A stretch of 64,000 bases of DNA from Phaeosaccion multiseriatum (taxonomy: Eukaryota > Protista > Ochrophyta, other classes): positions 1,178,001-1,242,000 of the forward strand of contig OZ218951.1 of assembly GCA_965112735.1 (NCBI GenBank), in the 5' to 3' direction. Each line of letters starts with the position of its first letter. The first letter of the stretch is position 1. The translations under genes and the position numbers were made by a program. A model generated the notes under the pieces. The model did no database searches and was not told the origin of the DNA. It saw nothing but the letters and a program-made list of their open reading frames with translations. Of the stretch, positions 51,097-64,000 are shown one piece after another.

Positions 51097-51412
51097 GGAC
51101 CCACCTCGCCGCGAGCGCGCGGGTCCCCTTGGCAGCGAAGGGCGAGGCGGAGTAGGCGGGAAGGGAGAAGACGACGAAGACGACGATGGCTGCTGGGGGC
51201 GACGATTCGCAGGAGGGTGGGCTGGGGCTTTAATGGGGCTGGCTGCCCGCCCTCCTCGCTCGCTCCGCAGATTGGCAACTTCAACACTCCAGCCATCAGG
51301 CAGTCATGGACCTTCCTCGCTCGTCGAGCCTGCGCTCGCTGGGGGTCGCGTGCGCGCCCCCTTCCTTGGCCAACAACGGGAGGCGTGAGAATGGCGAAAG
51401 GCGAATCAAATT

Positions 51413-51937
51413 TCGGCCCCGTGCACGCCTAGCGGCCTAGGCCTATTTTGGAAAATTGCCCGGCCTAGCGAGGGCCGTAGGCCCTCGGCCTATTTATAGG
51501 CCGCCTAGGCGGCGGCCTAGGCGGGGGCCGGAGGCCCGCGGCCTAGGGCAGACGCCAACTAGGCGCAGGTCCAGGGCAGGAATAGCTATGCTCGTATGCC
51601 CTTGGGCTGGCCCGGAACCCGCCCAAGTGTCGTCAGTTTTAAGCAAATGTATTGCATGGGATAAGTGAGGAGTAGGCTTGGTTCGTGTTGTCTCTTTCCG
51701 CCTCGCTGGCCCTACGAGGAGTGCAGGCCTACAGGTGTGCTGCTACCCACTGGCTGGGCGGCACCACGCACGCGCCCACTGTCACTGGGAGGCTGCCTAG
51801 AGGCGGGCTATAGGCCGCCTAGGGCTGAAAAGTGAGCGGCCTAGAGCGGCCGGAGGCCGCCGGCCTAGGCCTATTTCGGCCGAAGGCCGAGCGGCCTAGC
51901 GGCCTAGAGCAAAACCGCTAGGCGTGCATGGGGCCGA
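51413..51937. mobile_element. Non-autonomous TIR element 1 (MITE-like, 525 bp), TSD CAAATT
   Basis: 23-bp TIRs TCGGCCCC(G/A)TGCACGCCTAGCGG (22/23 match). CAAATT lies at 51407-51412 and 51938-51943. Many internal GCGGCCTAG motifs. Absent from the paralogous site near 55420. Confidence 0.92.
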
Positions 51938-51954
51938 CAAATTGATGCATAAAA

Positions 51955-52081
51955 TCAACCCCTAATACACTATCGCCCGCATTCTCGATGCGCGCCGGCT
52001 GGCGCCGGCCGATAGCGGATAGCGTGCCGGCTGGCGCCGGCGATAGCGGATAGCGGATAGCGGATAGTGTATCAGGGTTGA
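51955..52081. mobile_element. Non-autonomous TIR element 2 (127 bp), TSD ATAAAA
   Basis: About 20-bp imperfect TIRs (TCAACCCCTAATACACTATC versus reverse-complemented TCAACCCTGATACACTATC). ATAAAA lies at 51949-51954 and 52082-52087. Internal GATAGCG repeats. Absent from copy B. Confidence 0.88.
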
Positions 52082-52089
52082 ATAAAAAA

Positions 52090-52232
52090 TCGGCCCTGGA
52101 AGAGGTTATCAGATTACTGATTACAGCCGGCGCAGCCGGCCTGATTACTGATTATGGCGCCAGCCGGGCCTGATTACTGATTATGGCCGGCGCCAGCTGA
52201 CCGGCGCACACTGTAACCTCTTCCAGGGCCGA
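52090..52232. mobile_element. Non-autonomous TIR element 3 (143 bp), TSD AAAAAA
   Basis: Perfect 19-bp TIRs TCGGCCCTGGAAGAGGTTA. AAAAAA lies at 52084-52089 and 52233-52238. Internal GATTACTGATTA occurs three times. Absent from copy B. Confidence 0.92.
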
Positions 52233-52494
52233 AAAAAAGACGTGGAAGAGGGCGGAAAGGGCTGAGGCCGTCAAGTGCCATCCCCCACGATTCACGCCCT
52301 GACCCCTGCTTTGAACACCCCGTCCTTTCCTCCGCACAAACATAGGGCTTGCGTATCCGCACCACTAACACTAGCAGAGAGGAGAGCGGAGCAGCAGCAG
52401 CAGCAGCAGCAGCAACAGCTACAGCAGGAGCGATACGAGAGGGGGGCGAATTATACATATCAAGAATCTTGAAGACAACCAAAACAACAAAACG

Positions 52495-54787
52495 ATGATG
52501 GAGGCGCGAGGACAGCGAGGGGGGGCTTTGGCTTTGACGATGATCGCGCTTGTCGCTCAGACGGTCACAGCGAGCGTCATTCCGGGGCCCACTCCCTCTC
52601 CTCTGTGCGACAGCGGCATCATTTGCCGACCAGGCCCCTTTGCAACTGAGTACGTGTGCTGTGAGGAGGGAGAAACCTGTGACGGGAACAGCGGAACGTG
52701 CTTCGACCCCAACGCCGAGGACTGCTTGGTGGAGGCGTGCAAGACAAACTGGTGAGTTGCACGGACAAACTCACCCCCTCAGCCAGAGGAGGGCTTTGCA
52801 ATTGCTCCTCGATCTGACTCTCCGTGCCCTGTTCTCGCTCGCTTACTTCAACTCTTCTCGCAGTTGCGCCGGTGACACGTGCAACTCCCGTACCGGAGAG
52901 TGCTTTGACGCCTCGGATTCCGAGTGCGGCTCGGGCTCCAACGGGGATGGCGCGTTTTGCAGCAACGACGGGGACTGGTAAGTCGGCCGCAGCGGCCATC
53001 CACCACCTGAAGTACGCCAGAGAGTGACTTACTTGGATCCGACGGAGGCTTGGACTAGTGAGAACGGTCTGCTTCAAGGAGAGGAGGGGGGGGGTATCCC
53101 CTTCTTTTTGTTAATGTCCCCCACGTATGTCTTGCTCTCTCCTCCCTCCCTTGCTTCACTCAGCTGCGACAAGATGTACTGCTTTGCGGCCAGTCCGGGG
53201 CTAGGCCAGTGCAGATACCGAGACGAGGATAAGTGCCAAAACACTAGTAGCGGAGGAGGAAATCGTGGCTGCTACTACTACACAGACTGGTGCGCTGGCG
53301 GGGGGCAGGAGCGAGCAGCTTGTACTCTCTCTCTCTCTCTCCATCTCTCTTTGTCTCTCTCTCTCCCCCTCTGACCCACCTCTCCCCCCCCTGCCCCCAC
53401 CCACACAGTTGTGAGGGAGACCTATGCGACCTCACCGGGTACTGCAGCCCGTACACTACTCCCAGAAATTGCCTTCGAGTGGACTTCCCGCTGCCCAACT
53501 CCTCCACCTTTGGCGGCGGCAAGTACTCCGAGCTGGGCGGCTGTGAAGCCCTCGAGTTCTTCGATGCGTGCTACTGCTTCTCGGACTTGTGTCTCTGGAA
53601 CAGCGAGACGGCGACATGCGACACTCTCCCGGTGAGTTACATGGATGGCTATGGCACCTCACACACTCAGGAAGGAAGGAAGGAACGAACGAACGAACGA
53701 ACGAAGAGTAGGAAGGAAGGACCGAGAAAACTAACGAAACTCTCTCACCCGCGCACCCCTCAACGCCCTGCTTCTTCTGCTACCCCCCCCCCTCCTGATG
53801 CTGCTGCTGCTGCTGCTGTTGTTCTTGTTGCTTCCCTATGTTCCGTAGCCTGCCACGCCCCCTCCCACCCCCACCAACAACGGAGAAGACCTCTTCCCCT
53901 GCTGCCGCGAGGAGCTGGTGGCCGGAGTCCCTCGAGCCTGCTACGTGGACGAGAGCTGCCTCGACACCCCTCCCGGCGGCAGCTTGGGTGGGCTGGGCTG
54001 CAACGCGGATGGAGTTGGAAACTGCCGCTTCTGCGGATGGGACGTCTATGCCACCAACGAGTGCCCTCAAGAGGGCACTCCTCCTTCCCCCACTCCTCCT
54101 CCACTGGCCACCATGCCCCCGACGACCGTGCCCACCCCAGGGACACCTCCCCCTCCCACGCCTCCTTCCCCCACTCCTCCTCCACTGGCCACCATGCCCC
54201 CGACGACCGTGCCCACCCCAGGGACACCTCCCCCTCCCACGCCCCCCCCTGTGATTCCTTCGGTGGACTGTGGCAGGTTGGGGTGGGCGGGCAGCTGCGG
54301 AGCCTTCACTGACGCTGCCTCGTGCAACTGCTGGACCTCTTCCTCCTTCGCGTGCTCGTGGTCCGGCAACAGCTGCACGGGAGGTGGCAGTAGCCCTACC
54401 CCCACCCCTCCCCCTACTCCTACTTCGCCCACGCCCCCTACCCCGCCTACACCTCCCACGCCTCCCCCTGTGGTTCCTACGGAGGTGGACTGTGGCAGGC
54501 TGGGGTGGGCGGGCAGCTGCGGAGCCTTCACCGACGCTGCCTCGTGCAACTGCTGGACGTCTTCCTCCTTCGCGTGCTCGTGGTCCGGCAACAACTGCAC
54601 TGGCGGTGGTGACAGCGGCCCAACCCCCACTCCTCCCCCCTCCTCGACCACCCCTATAGACACTGACTGCACGCGGCTGGGCTGGGTCGGATCGTGCGGG
54701 GGATACTCCTCCCAGGGCGAGTGCGAGTGCTGGGCCGCTTCGTCCTTCGCGTGCGCCTGGAGCAGCGCCGAGCGGCAGTGCCACTGA
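52495..54787 (+). CDS. Secreted Cys-rich/Pro-Thr-rich modular protein, copy B, 5 exons
   Basis: Same exon structure as copy A. The C-terminal 289 aa are identical, while exons 2-4 carry clustered substitutions. Confidence 0.85.
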
Positions 54788-55542
54788 GGATGTACCTACT
54801 GCTACCACCGCGGAGCAAGGCAGGCAATTGTAACGCCGTTCCGTACCACGCGAGGGAGTATATTCGGTCGATGAGACAATGACAGGGATAAACTTGCACA
54901 CTATTCATTCGTGTGGGTAGAAGAATGATTCGGCCTCGGGTCGTTGTTACAAGCATGTGTTTCAAATCCTTTAGGTTTGCGCATGCGATAAAAATAAAAT
55001 GTCTGAGGGCCTTCACATGGTCGGCTCCAGGCACGCCTAGCGGGGTTGGTTCTAGGCCGTAGGCCGCTCACTTCTCAGCCCCAGACGGCTTGTAGGCAGC
55101 CGCTAGGAGGACCACCTCGCCGCGAGCGCGCGGGTCCCCTTGGCAGCGAAGGGCGAGGCGGAGTAGGCGGGAAGGGAGAAGACGACGAAGACGACGATGG
55201 CTGCTGGGGGCGACGATTCGCAGGAGGGTGGGCTCGGGCGTTAATGGGGCTGGCTGCCCGCCCTCCTCGCTCGCTCCGCAGATTGGCAACTTCAACACTC
55301 CAGCCATCAGGCAGTCATGGACCTTCCTCGCTCGTCGAGCCTGCGCTCGCTGGGGGTCGTGTGCGCGCCCCCTTCCTTGGCCAACAACGGGAGGCGTGAG
55401 AATGGCGAAAGGCGAATCAAATTGATGCATAAAAAAGACATGCGTTGAAGAGGGCGGAAAGGGCTCAGGCCGTCAGGTGCCATCCACTAAAAGTAAAACA
55501 GTTGAGTTGGTTCTCAACACCCTAGAAGAAGAAATTCATAAG

Positions 55543-59227
<3,685 letters not shown>

Positions 59228-59938
59228 CTCAATAGAGGGGCCAGGAAACCTTATGTACGTATATACTAAACTACTGACAAGATACGTACTTCTGTATCAG
59301 TGTGGGTCGAAGCGAATCCTGGAGTCAAGGGGTTTCCAACATACACATGCCTGTAACTTATGTGTGTGTACGCTGGTGATATTATATGTATCCAACTGTG
59401 ACTGTCGTGTATGGGGAGGTCACCCCGGAGAAGCCGCTCCGCTCTGCCTCCTCCGCCTACAAAAGATTTGCACTCAGCGAATGAGTTGCTCTTGTTGCTC
59501 TTCGAATGAGTTGCTCTTGTTGCTCTTCCTCTTCTTCCCTTCCCTCCTTGAGAGGATGGTCGTCGACGTGATGAGAGACTGCAAAGCAAAGCCCCCCCGT
59601 TCAGAGCCACACCCATTCCACGCCGCTTCCTCCTGCCTGTAAGCATCGACACTGCAGCATCGCTCAACCGCCAGCCAATGACCACTGGCCCTATACGCTC
59701 CTTGGCCCCTTGTGAAATGAAACTGCCAACCCCCCCCCCAAGTCTCCAAGGCGGTTGATGAAGAGCGAAAACCCACGATGCCCACGCAGTGCCGGAAACC
59801 TTCCCCCCACAACACAATCCAGTTCGGATTAAACTGATCCATCCACCAAACCAACAAACGAATCAAAAGAAATGGATGACGAAGCTCTCATAGACACTTG
59901 ATCCGTCCTCCATTTTGGCCCCCATCGTGTGGCGACAT

Positions 59939-60051
59939 GCAGGCAGGCAGGCAGGCAGGCAGACAGGCAGGCAGACAGGCAGGCAGACAGGCAGGCAGAC
60001 AGGCAGGCAGACAGGCAGGCAGACAGGCAGGCAGGCAGGCAGGCAGGCAGG
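59939..60051. repeat. Compound (GGCA)n/(GGCAGGCAGACA)n microsatellite
   Basis: Read directly. Confidence 0.9.
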
Positions 60052-60224
60052 GAGACCGTCAGCCTTGCTGTGCTGCTCTGTGTCCGGGCAGAGCCAAGGC
60101 GAAGGCGATGATAGTGGCCTCGTTCGTCCCCCGGAGCATGGACGCTGGCGCCGATCGGAAAAGGCGTACATACACACTCCCACTCGAGCACGCACGCCCG
60201 CCACACACACACGCACACATCTCC

Positions 60225-62236
60225 TCAGTGCGAGAGCAGCTCTTCTTTCCATGACATATCCCCCTGCATCAAGCGAGACACGTGTTCGCTGGAGAGCGGC
60301 CTGAGGTCTTGTGGCATTTCCCGCGGCCCTGTCCGCCGCCCTCCGTCCTCCTCCTCCTGCTCCTCGTCGTCGTCGTCGTTCTCCTCCTCCTCCTCCTCCT
60401 CGTCATCATCGTCCTCCCCCCCTTCCTCCTCCTCCTCCTCCTCCTCCTCCTCCTCCTCCTCCTCCCCCTTGTGCACATGAGCGCTCTGAGAACTCAGGAG
60501 GTGGCCCTCGCTGTCGCCCGCACCAACACCATTGGCGCCGCCACCCCTCCCAGCGGCCGCCGCTGTTGCTGCCAGAGGGGCAGAAGGAGAACAATAGGAT
60601 GATGGTGATGATGAAGAAGAAGAAGAAGAAGAAGAAGAAGAAGAAGAAGAAGCGAGCGAAGAAGCCTCCACGGAAGATTCCCCCGAAATCGAGGATGGAC
60701 GTGCAACCCCTGCGACAACGGCCAAGATCAAAAGGACCTGCGCCGTGATTGCGTGCAAGACCATGCACAGCAGCGCCATAACCATGCGGTAGTACCGGCC
60801 GTACGTCGCGAGAGGGGCGGGAGGCACCATCATGGTGGCCACGTTGATGCCGCTGTGAATGGACACGGGCAGCAGGACCGCCCAGTGGAAGAGCGCCATG
60901 ACACACCATCCCATGATGGCCCACCATGCGTCTTTGTACATCCACCTTCCCATGGGCTGAGCCAGGCGGATGAGAAAGGCAAGGACCATAAATATATGCT
61001 GGAGGTAGAATAGAGTGAGCTCCATCCTCGCCTCGGGGAGGTCAGGCACGGCCAGGGCCAAGGTTGGTCCCCATAGGAGTGTCACTTTGATTTGGGAGTA
61101 AAGGGGAGGGGAGGGAGGGGCGGGGGAGAGAAACGGGATTTTGGTTGGTTGGCTGGTTGGTTGGTTTGTTGGTTGGTTGGTTGGTTGGTTGGTTGGCTGG
61201 CTGGTGCACGTTTCGACGCTTACGTTGCCCTCTTCTACAACAGATGAGGAAATGGAGTCAGGGGGGGTGCTGCCCTGTGGATATGCGACGCAAGACGGTC
61301 GAAGACAGGGGTTGGGAGGGAGGTGAAAGTGGTACCTTATGTGCAAGTACGTACCTGCAACGTGGAAGACGCCTGTCCCCAGGGGCCCTCTGAGGTGAGC
61401 GGCCAAGGCCAAAAGGACGGAGTGAATGTGGCAAGGTTGGAACAGGTACACCGGGTGGTTCGACGGGTCGACGCCTGTTATTTTCTACGCATGGACACAT
61501 GTCACGATCACGGGGAGAGAGAAAAAAGTAAAGAGAGGAAGAAAAAGAAGCAGGAACAAGCGGCGGGGGGGGGGAGAGGGAGGAGGGGGTGCGGTGAGAG
61601 ACCTTCGATAACGACAGCCGATGCCCTCTCTCTCTCTCTCTCTCTCTCGTTCTCTTGGTCCATGCACATTGACTTGCCACGGGATTGGCCCAATCGAAAC
61701 CCCACGGCCCCCATCACACACGTCGACACAAGCTCGACACTCACCAGGACCGCACCCATGAGCACAAACAAGAGTAGTAGCGCCGACCACAGCTTCACGA
61801 GCCGCTCCACGCGAGGCGAGAACTGACTGGGATAGCCCCGCCGTAGAGGGTCAGTGTTAGCCGCCGCATCACTGCATTCGGCCTCCCGCTGCATCCGGCA
61901 GTGGCAATAACAGCGCTTCCCCACCCAGCACACAATATAGAGCAAGATGGCGGAGCACAGGAAGAGCTCCACCACCGTCTGATGCGGAGATATTGTCCAC
62001 AGGACACGCTCAGGGCCAAGGTCTTTCGCCATCTCCAGCACGTTCCGGCACATGTGTGCTTCCGACAATGCGCTGCTACGCTCATCTTCGTCACCTTCGT
62101 AGAGGCCCGTGACAAGATCTGGTGGGCAGTAGGGTGGAATGTCCGTGTTCCACCCGTGCAGGTGGTGAGCGAGGTAGTCGACCACGCGAACCACCCCACT
62201 GAAAGTCTCTTGCAGTATAGCAATAGTGGGGTCCAT
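60225..62236 (-). CDS. TMEM164-family multi-pass membrane protein, 3 exons
   Basis: W.ISPHQTVVELF, YLFQPCHI, WGPTLALAVPD, FYLQHIF, FHWAVLLPVS..SGINVATMMVPP and GRYYR. Exons at about 62236-61745, 61484-61355 and 61084-60225. Confidence 0.8.
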
Positions 62237-62686
62237 TTGCTTTTTGCGATGGGAAAGACCTTGTTGTGTGTTCAAGTCGCGCTGCTCCAGTCGGCGGCAA
62301 GCCTAGCCACGGCCGCACCAGCCCCGAAGCTCACGCACATGAATGGGGCGACAATTCTAACGATATCGCCCCACCCTGGGGTCTCTTTCGCTCTCTCCTG
62401 AATATAAAAGGTCTCAAGGTCTCGAAAAAAGGAAAAAAAATGAGTGAGTAAGTCATTCACATAAAACGGAAACTTATTCACATAAAACGGAAACTGAAAC
62501 TGAAACGCCATTTCCCCCCCTTCCGCCCTACAGTATTGCCTCTGATAGGGAAGCGATGGCCCTTACCGGCGGCCCAGGAGACTGTTGTGGCGACAGATCT
62601 CTTGGCTGCTGCTGATAACTCAATCGGACGGAGAGGGAAGGGAGAGGCAAGCATGCAAAGAGAGCAAAAAAATAGAAGGAGATAGT

Positions 62687-64000
62687 ATGGAGGAGCCAGC
62701 GACAGAGACTCCTTTTTCGGCATTCTTGCACCATGAGGAGAGGCCGGACGGAGACCGCTCTGTGTGGATGGCCTCCCTCCAGTGGAGGCAGAAGCGGAAG
62801 CTCCACAGTCGAGGAAGCGGCAAGGAGGGAGAGTACGACAGTGGCCCAGCCACTCGAGGCAGCAGCAGCAAAACACAGCCATTTCCTGCTGCAACAGCGA
62901 CGAGTAAGGGGTTGCTTTCCCGTGGCTTCCAACCGCTTCCAGATTCCCACCCTACCACTCCCGCGGCCACTTGTGCCGACGCCCTCGCCTATGTGGAGTC
63001 GGCCCTGCTGGCGACGAGTTGGGGAGGGCTGGCACAAGACGACTACAAAGGCACCCTCTCAAGAAGGCCTGACCTGGCTGGCTCTGGCACGCAAACCCTG
63101 GATCTTTGCCATCATCATCAACATCAGCACCAATCTCAGCGCCAGCAGCGTCACACCCGGGGCGAGGAGGACGAGGAGGACGAGGAGGATATTGGGTCAG
63201 GTCCATCGGGGTGGGTGGACCGAGCTCGGCCGAAGACTGTCTCTTTTGCACCCTCGGACGTGATTTACCATCTCGATGATGACCTTGTGTGGGGCAGGTT
63301 TGGGAAGAAGAAGAAGAAGAAGAAGGAGAAGAAGGAAGAAGAAGGAGTGGGAGGAGGAGCAAGTGCGGACGGATTGCAGGAAGAAAGGATTGGGAAACGG
63401 GACGAAGAAGAAGCAGCGGGCAGGGGAAGGGGGAGACGAAGGAGGAGTGGTGGCCCTCCTTCGCTCACGCACAGGAGGCGGCGACCGCAAAGTTGCTTGG
63501 ATGGAGGCGCGGCCTCGGCCATACTGAGGCGATCTCAGAGCAACATGTTCGATTCACCTTACAGCCCGCCACGCTCGTCTCGTGCCTCTTCTGTCCTCGG
63601 CAGCACTAGCACCACCACCTTGAGGGGGAACAACACCCGCACATCCAGCAGTAATTCAAGTAGTTGTTGTGGTGGTGGTGGTGGTGGTGGCAGGAGCAGC
63701 AGAGAGAGGGAGAGTCGGACCGAAGCAGCAGCCGAGGACGCGGAGGCTGTCCAGCGACTGTTGCTACCCACGTTACAGTGGACCCTTGGCGCAGCATCAC
63801 CCGCTCCTGCCGCTGATGGTGGTGGGATGGCGGAAAGCAGTGGTGGTGGTGGTGGCAGAGAGGGGGGGCGGGGTGTGGAGGGGCTTGGTGGGACGAGTAG
63901 TAGCAGAGGCGGTAGTGGCAGCAGGGAAAGCAGTAGCAGCAGAAAGAGCAAGAGGAAGAGGCCGAGGTCGGCCGAACAAGTCATGCTTTGGCGCATTCGC
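62687..64000 (+). CDS. Low-complexity hypothetical protein, open to the window end (missing from the ORF track because it has no stop)
   Basis: Uninterrupted frame from ATG 62687 (MEEPATETPFSAFLHH...) to the window end, more than 430 codons. Contains RPKTVSFAPSDVIYHL and basic clusters. Confidence 0.65.
   Translation, partial: MEEPATETPFSAFLHHEERPDGDRSVWMASLQWRQKRKLHSRGSGKEGEYDSGPATRGSSSKTQPFPAATATSKGLLSRGFQPLPDSHPTTPAATCADALAYVESALLATSWGGLAQDDYKGTLSRRPDLAGSGTQTLDLCHHHQHQHQSQRQQRHTRGEEDEEDEEDIGSGPSGWVDRARPKTVSFAPSDVIYHLDDDLVWGRFGKKKKKKKEKKEEEGVGGGASADGLQEERIGKRDEEEAAGRGRGRRRRSGGPPSLTHRRRRPQSCLDGGAASAILRRSQSNMFDSPYSPPRSSRASSVLGSTSTTTLRGNNTRTSSSNSSSCCGGGGGGGRSSRERESRTEAAAEDAEAVQRLLLPTLQWTLGAASPAPAADGGGMAESSGGGGGREGGRGVEGLGGTSSSRGGSGSRESSSSRKSKRKRPRSAEQVMLWRIR

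Larger units (their letters stand above)
48258..55485 (+). repeat. Tandem segmental duplication: copy A 48258-52283 (with three insertions), copy B 52292-55485
   Basis: Near-identical sequence from TCACGCCCTGACCCCTGC to GTGCCATCC in both copies, including introns and flanks. Confidence 0.95.

Noticed and set aside
51034-51668. ORFs overlapping the TIR elements as a possible transposase
   Set aside because: They are short, Arg/Pro-rich and lack DDE or DNA-binding motifs, so the elements are non-autonomous.
51955-52081. piggyBac assignment suggested by TCAACCC resembling TTAA|CCC
   Set aside because: The empty site contains no TTAA, and the duplicated sequence is a 6-mer outside the TC..GA ends.

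Overview
This is a GC-rich, gene-dense eukaryotic nuclear window with GT-AG introns and abundant GGA/CCT, GA/CT and CA/GT microsatellites. The EsV-1-7 and FAIM-like stramenopile-type domains suggest an ochrophyte or other stramenopile (inference). About 20 genes can be assembled by hand: TAD3/ADAT3 (partial), RRP45, a mitochondrial oxoglutarate/malate-type carrier, GCN1, an unknown membrane protein, EMC10, a FAIM-like/UIM protein, FAD synthetase, an ankyrin protein, a TMX/PDI-like protein, metaxin, a TP53I11-like membrane protein, an EsV-1-7 protein, a bacterial-type ABM monooxygenase, a DUF3431 protein, two tandem secreted Cys/Pro-rich genes, a DOT1-like methyltransferase, TMEM164 and a partial low-complexity ORF. 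Almost all sit in head-to-head pairs. The most striking unexplained structure is at 51.4-52.2 kb. Three different short non-autonomous TIR elements lie there, all with TC...GA termini (consensus TCRRCCC) and 6-bp target-site duplications, stacked in one ~20-bp AT-rich site. The matching empty site is preserved in the neighbouring tandem-duplicate copy. Exon boundaries were inferred by eye and family assignments come from motif recognition, not database searches.
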